A stretch of DNA of 16,356 bases from Bdellovibrionota bacterium (GTDB lineage: Bacteria; Bdellovibrionota_C; UBA2361; OMIW01). Positions 15,598 through 16,356 of this stretch are shown here, piece by piece (within the stretch, counting starts at the first letter, position 1; every line of letters starts with the position of its first letter). The DNA is taken from assembly GCA_044345055.1 (NCBI GenBank), contig JBIJBT010000064.1, positions 1 to 16,356 of the forward strand, in the 5' to 3' direction. The translations under genes were made by a program, and so were the position numbers. A model generated the notes under the pieces. The model was not told where the DNA came from. It did no database searches and saw nothing but the letters and a program-made list of their open reading frames with translations.

Positions 15598-15844
15598 TCA
15601 AATCCGCTAGGTGGCGAGGTTCATATCAGCGAGATAACATCAGGCTTTGGCCGCTTGGAATGGCGGCCCAACGACACTTCTCTGCAAAAAATCGACCGAT
15701 TAGAAGTACTGCGTATCAGTTGAAGAAACGCAAGATAGCTGAAGCGAAGAATAGCAATCAATCGAAAAGAACAGCGAAAAGAGAACAGAAGAGAAAACAG
15801 AACAGAGAAGTCGCTCGAAGTGAGGCGATGTAAAGAAAAAGAAA

Positions 15845-15918
15845 CGTGCCCGGCAGGATTCGAACCTGCGACCTTCGGCTTCGGAGGCCGACACTCTATC
15901 CAGCTGAGCTACGGGCAC
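15845..15918 (-). tRNA. tRNA-Arg, anticodon CCG (CCA not encoded)
   Basis: Reverse complement GTGCCCG TA GCTC AGCTGGATA GAGT G TCGGC CTCCGAA GCCGA AGGTC GCAGG TTCGAAT CCTGC CGGGCAC G forms a full cloverleaf with the A20 arginine identity element. Confidence 0.98.
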
Positions 15919-15958
15919 TCAGACTTAAAACCCACACGATACTCGATCAGGAATTGAT

Positions 15959-15987
15959 CGGATACCAGTACCCATCAAACCCGTCAA
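15959..15987 (-). promoter_or_regulatory. Possible promoter for tRNA-Arg
   Basis: Minus strand TTGACG (15987-15982), 17 bp spacer, TATCCG preceded by TGn. The -10 is imperfect. Confidence 0.4.
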
Positions 15988-16169
15988 GAAGTGCCCAAAA
16001 ACGTACCGCACTACTAAGATAAGGGCAATAGTAGCCCTCATCTCCAAAGGTAATGAACCTATACAAACTGATCGTGATGTATTTAGCCGTCAAGAACGGA
16101 CCACTAGGTTGCACAATTACAACGAAAGAAGATTTCCGAAGAAAAGATCAAAAAACTTCGCTGAAAAGG

Positions 16170-16198
16170 TTGACGACCACCATTCAACCCGTTACTCT
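16170..16198 (+). promoter_or_regulatory. Putative sigma70 promoter firing rightward out of the window
   Basis: TTGACG (16170-16175), 17 bp spacer, TACTCT (16193-16198), with A-tracts upstream resembling an UP element. Confidence 0.6.
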
Positions 16199-16356
16199 TA
16201 GGGTCCCTGATGCGGCGGCGAAATGAAAAATGAGCGGCCAAAATCAAGGGTATTGTTAACGCGATACACAATCGAATATGGGTAGAAGTCACAGCAAAGC
16301 GAGCTTGTGAATTTGGGTGTGAGAGCATTTAAGTTTGTGAGTAAGCTTTAGCAGCA

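Noticed and set aside
15845..15870. tRNA 3' end as an integration site bounding a genomic island
   Set aside because: No duplicate of the tRNA 3' end noticed in the window, no integrase, and the neighbour is housekeeping pgi.
15700..16328. ORFs 15700..15918 (-) and 16104..16328 (-)
   Set aside because: The first is a translation of the tRNA. The second overlaps a good opposite-strand promoter, lacks an RBS and has no protein-like features.

Overview
A bacterial chromosomal window with no mobile element, CRISPR array or rRNA. The + strand carries, left to right: the 3' end of an unknown gene; an RsbU/SpoIIE-type PP2C phosphatase with a degenerate receiver domain; a DUF2231-like membrane protein; a strongly divergent RelA/SpoT-synthetase-like (small alarmone synthetase-like) protein; a large secreted beta-propeller/Cys-Asp-repeat/FN3-like protein with a terminator; rpsO-pnp-dut with two long structured non-coding segments; an atypical MscS-like membrane protein; and a membrane-anchored Ser/Thr kinase. 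These are followed by a minus-strand phospholipid/ornithine-lipid N-methyltransferase-like gene, pgi (+), tRNA-Arg(CCG) (-) and a divergent promoter region. The best candidate for new biology is the RelA/SpoT-like gene at 2103-3206. It keeps all synthetase motifs in order, but has substitutions at several substrate-contacting positions and an unrecognised ~170-aa N-terminal domain. Secondary candidates are the rpsO leader and rpsO-pnp RNA structures, a tandem-duplicated MscS beta-domain, and a possible C-terminal sorting domain. All family calls come from motif recognition by eye; no searches or folding programs were run. Residue numbers follow the supplied ORF translations.
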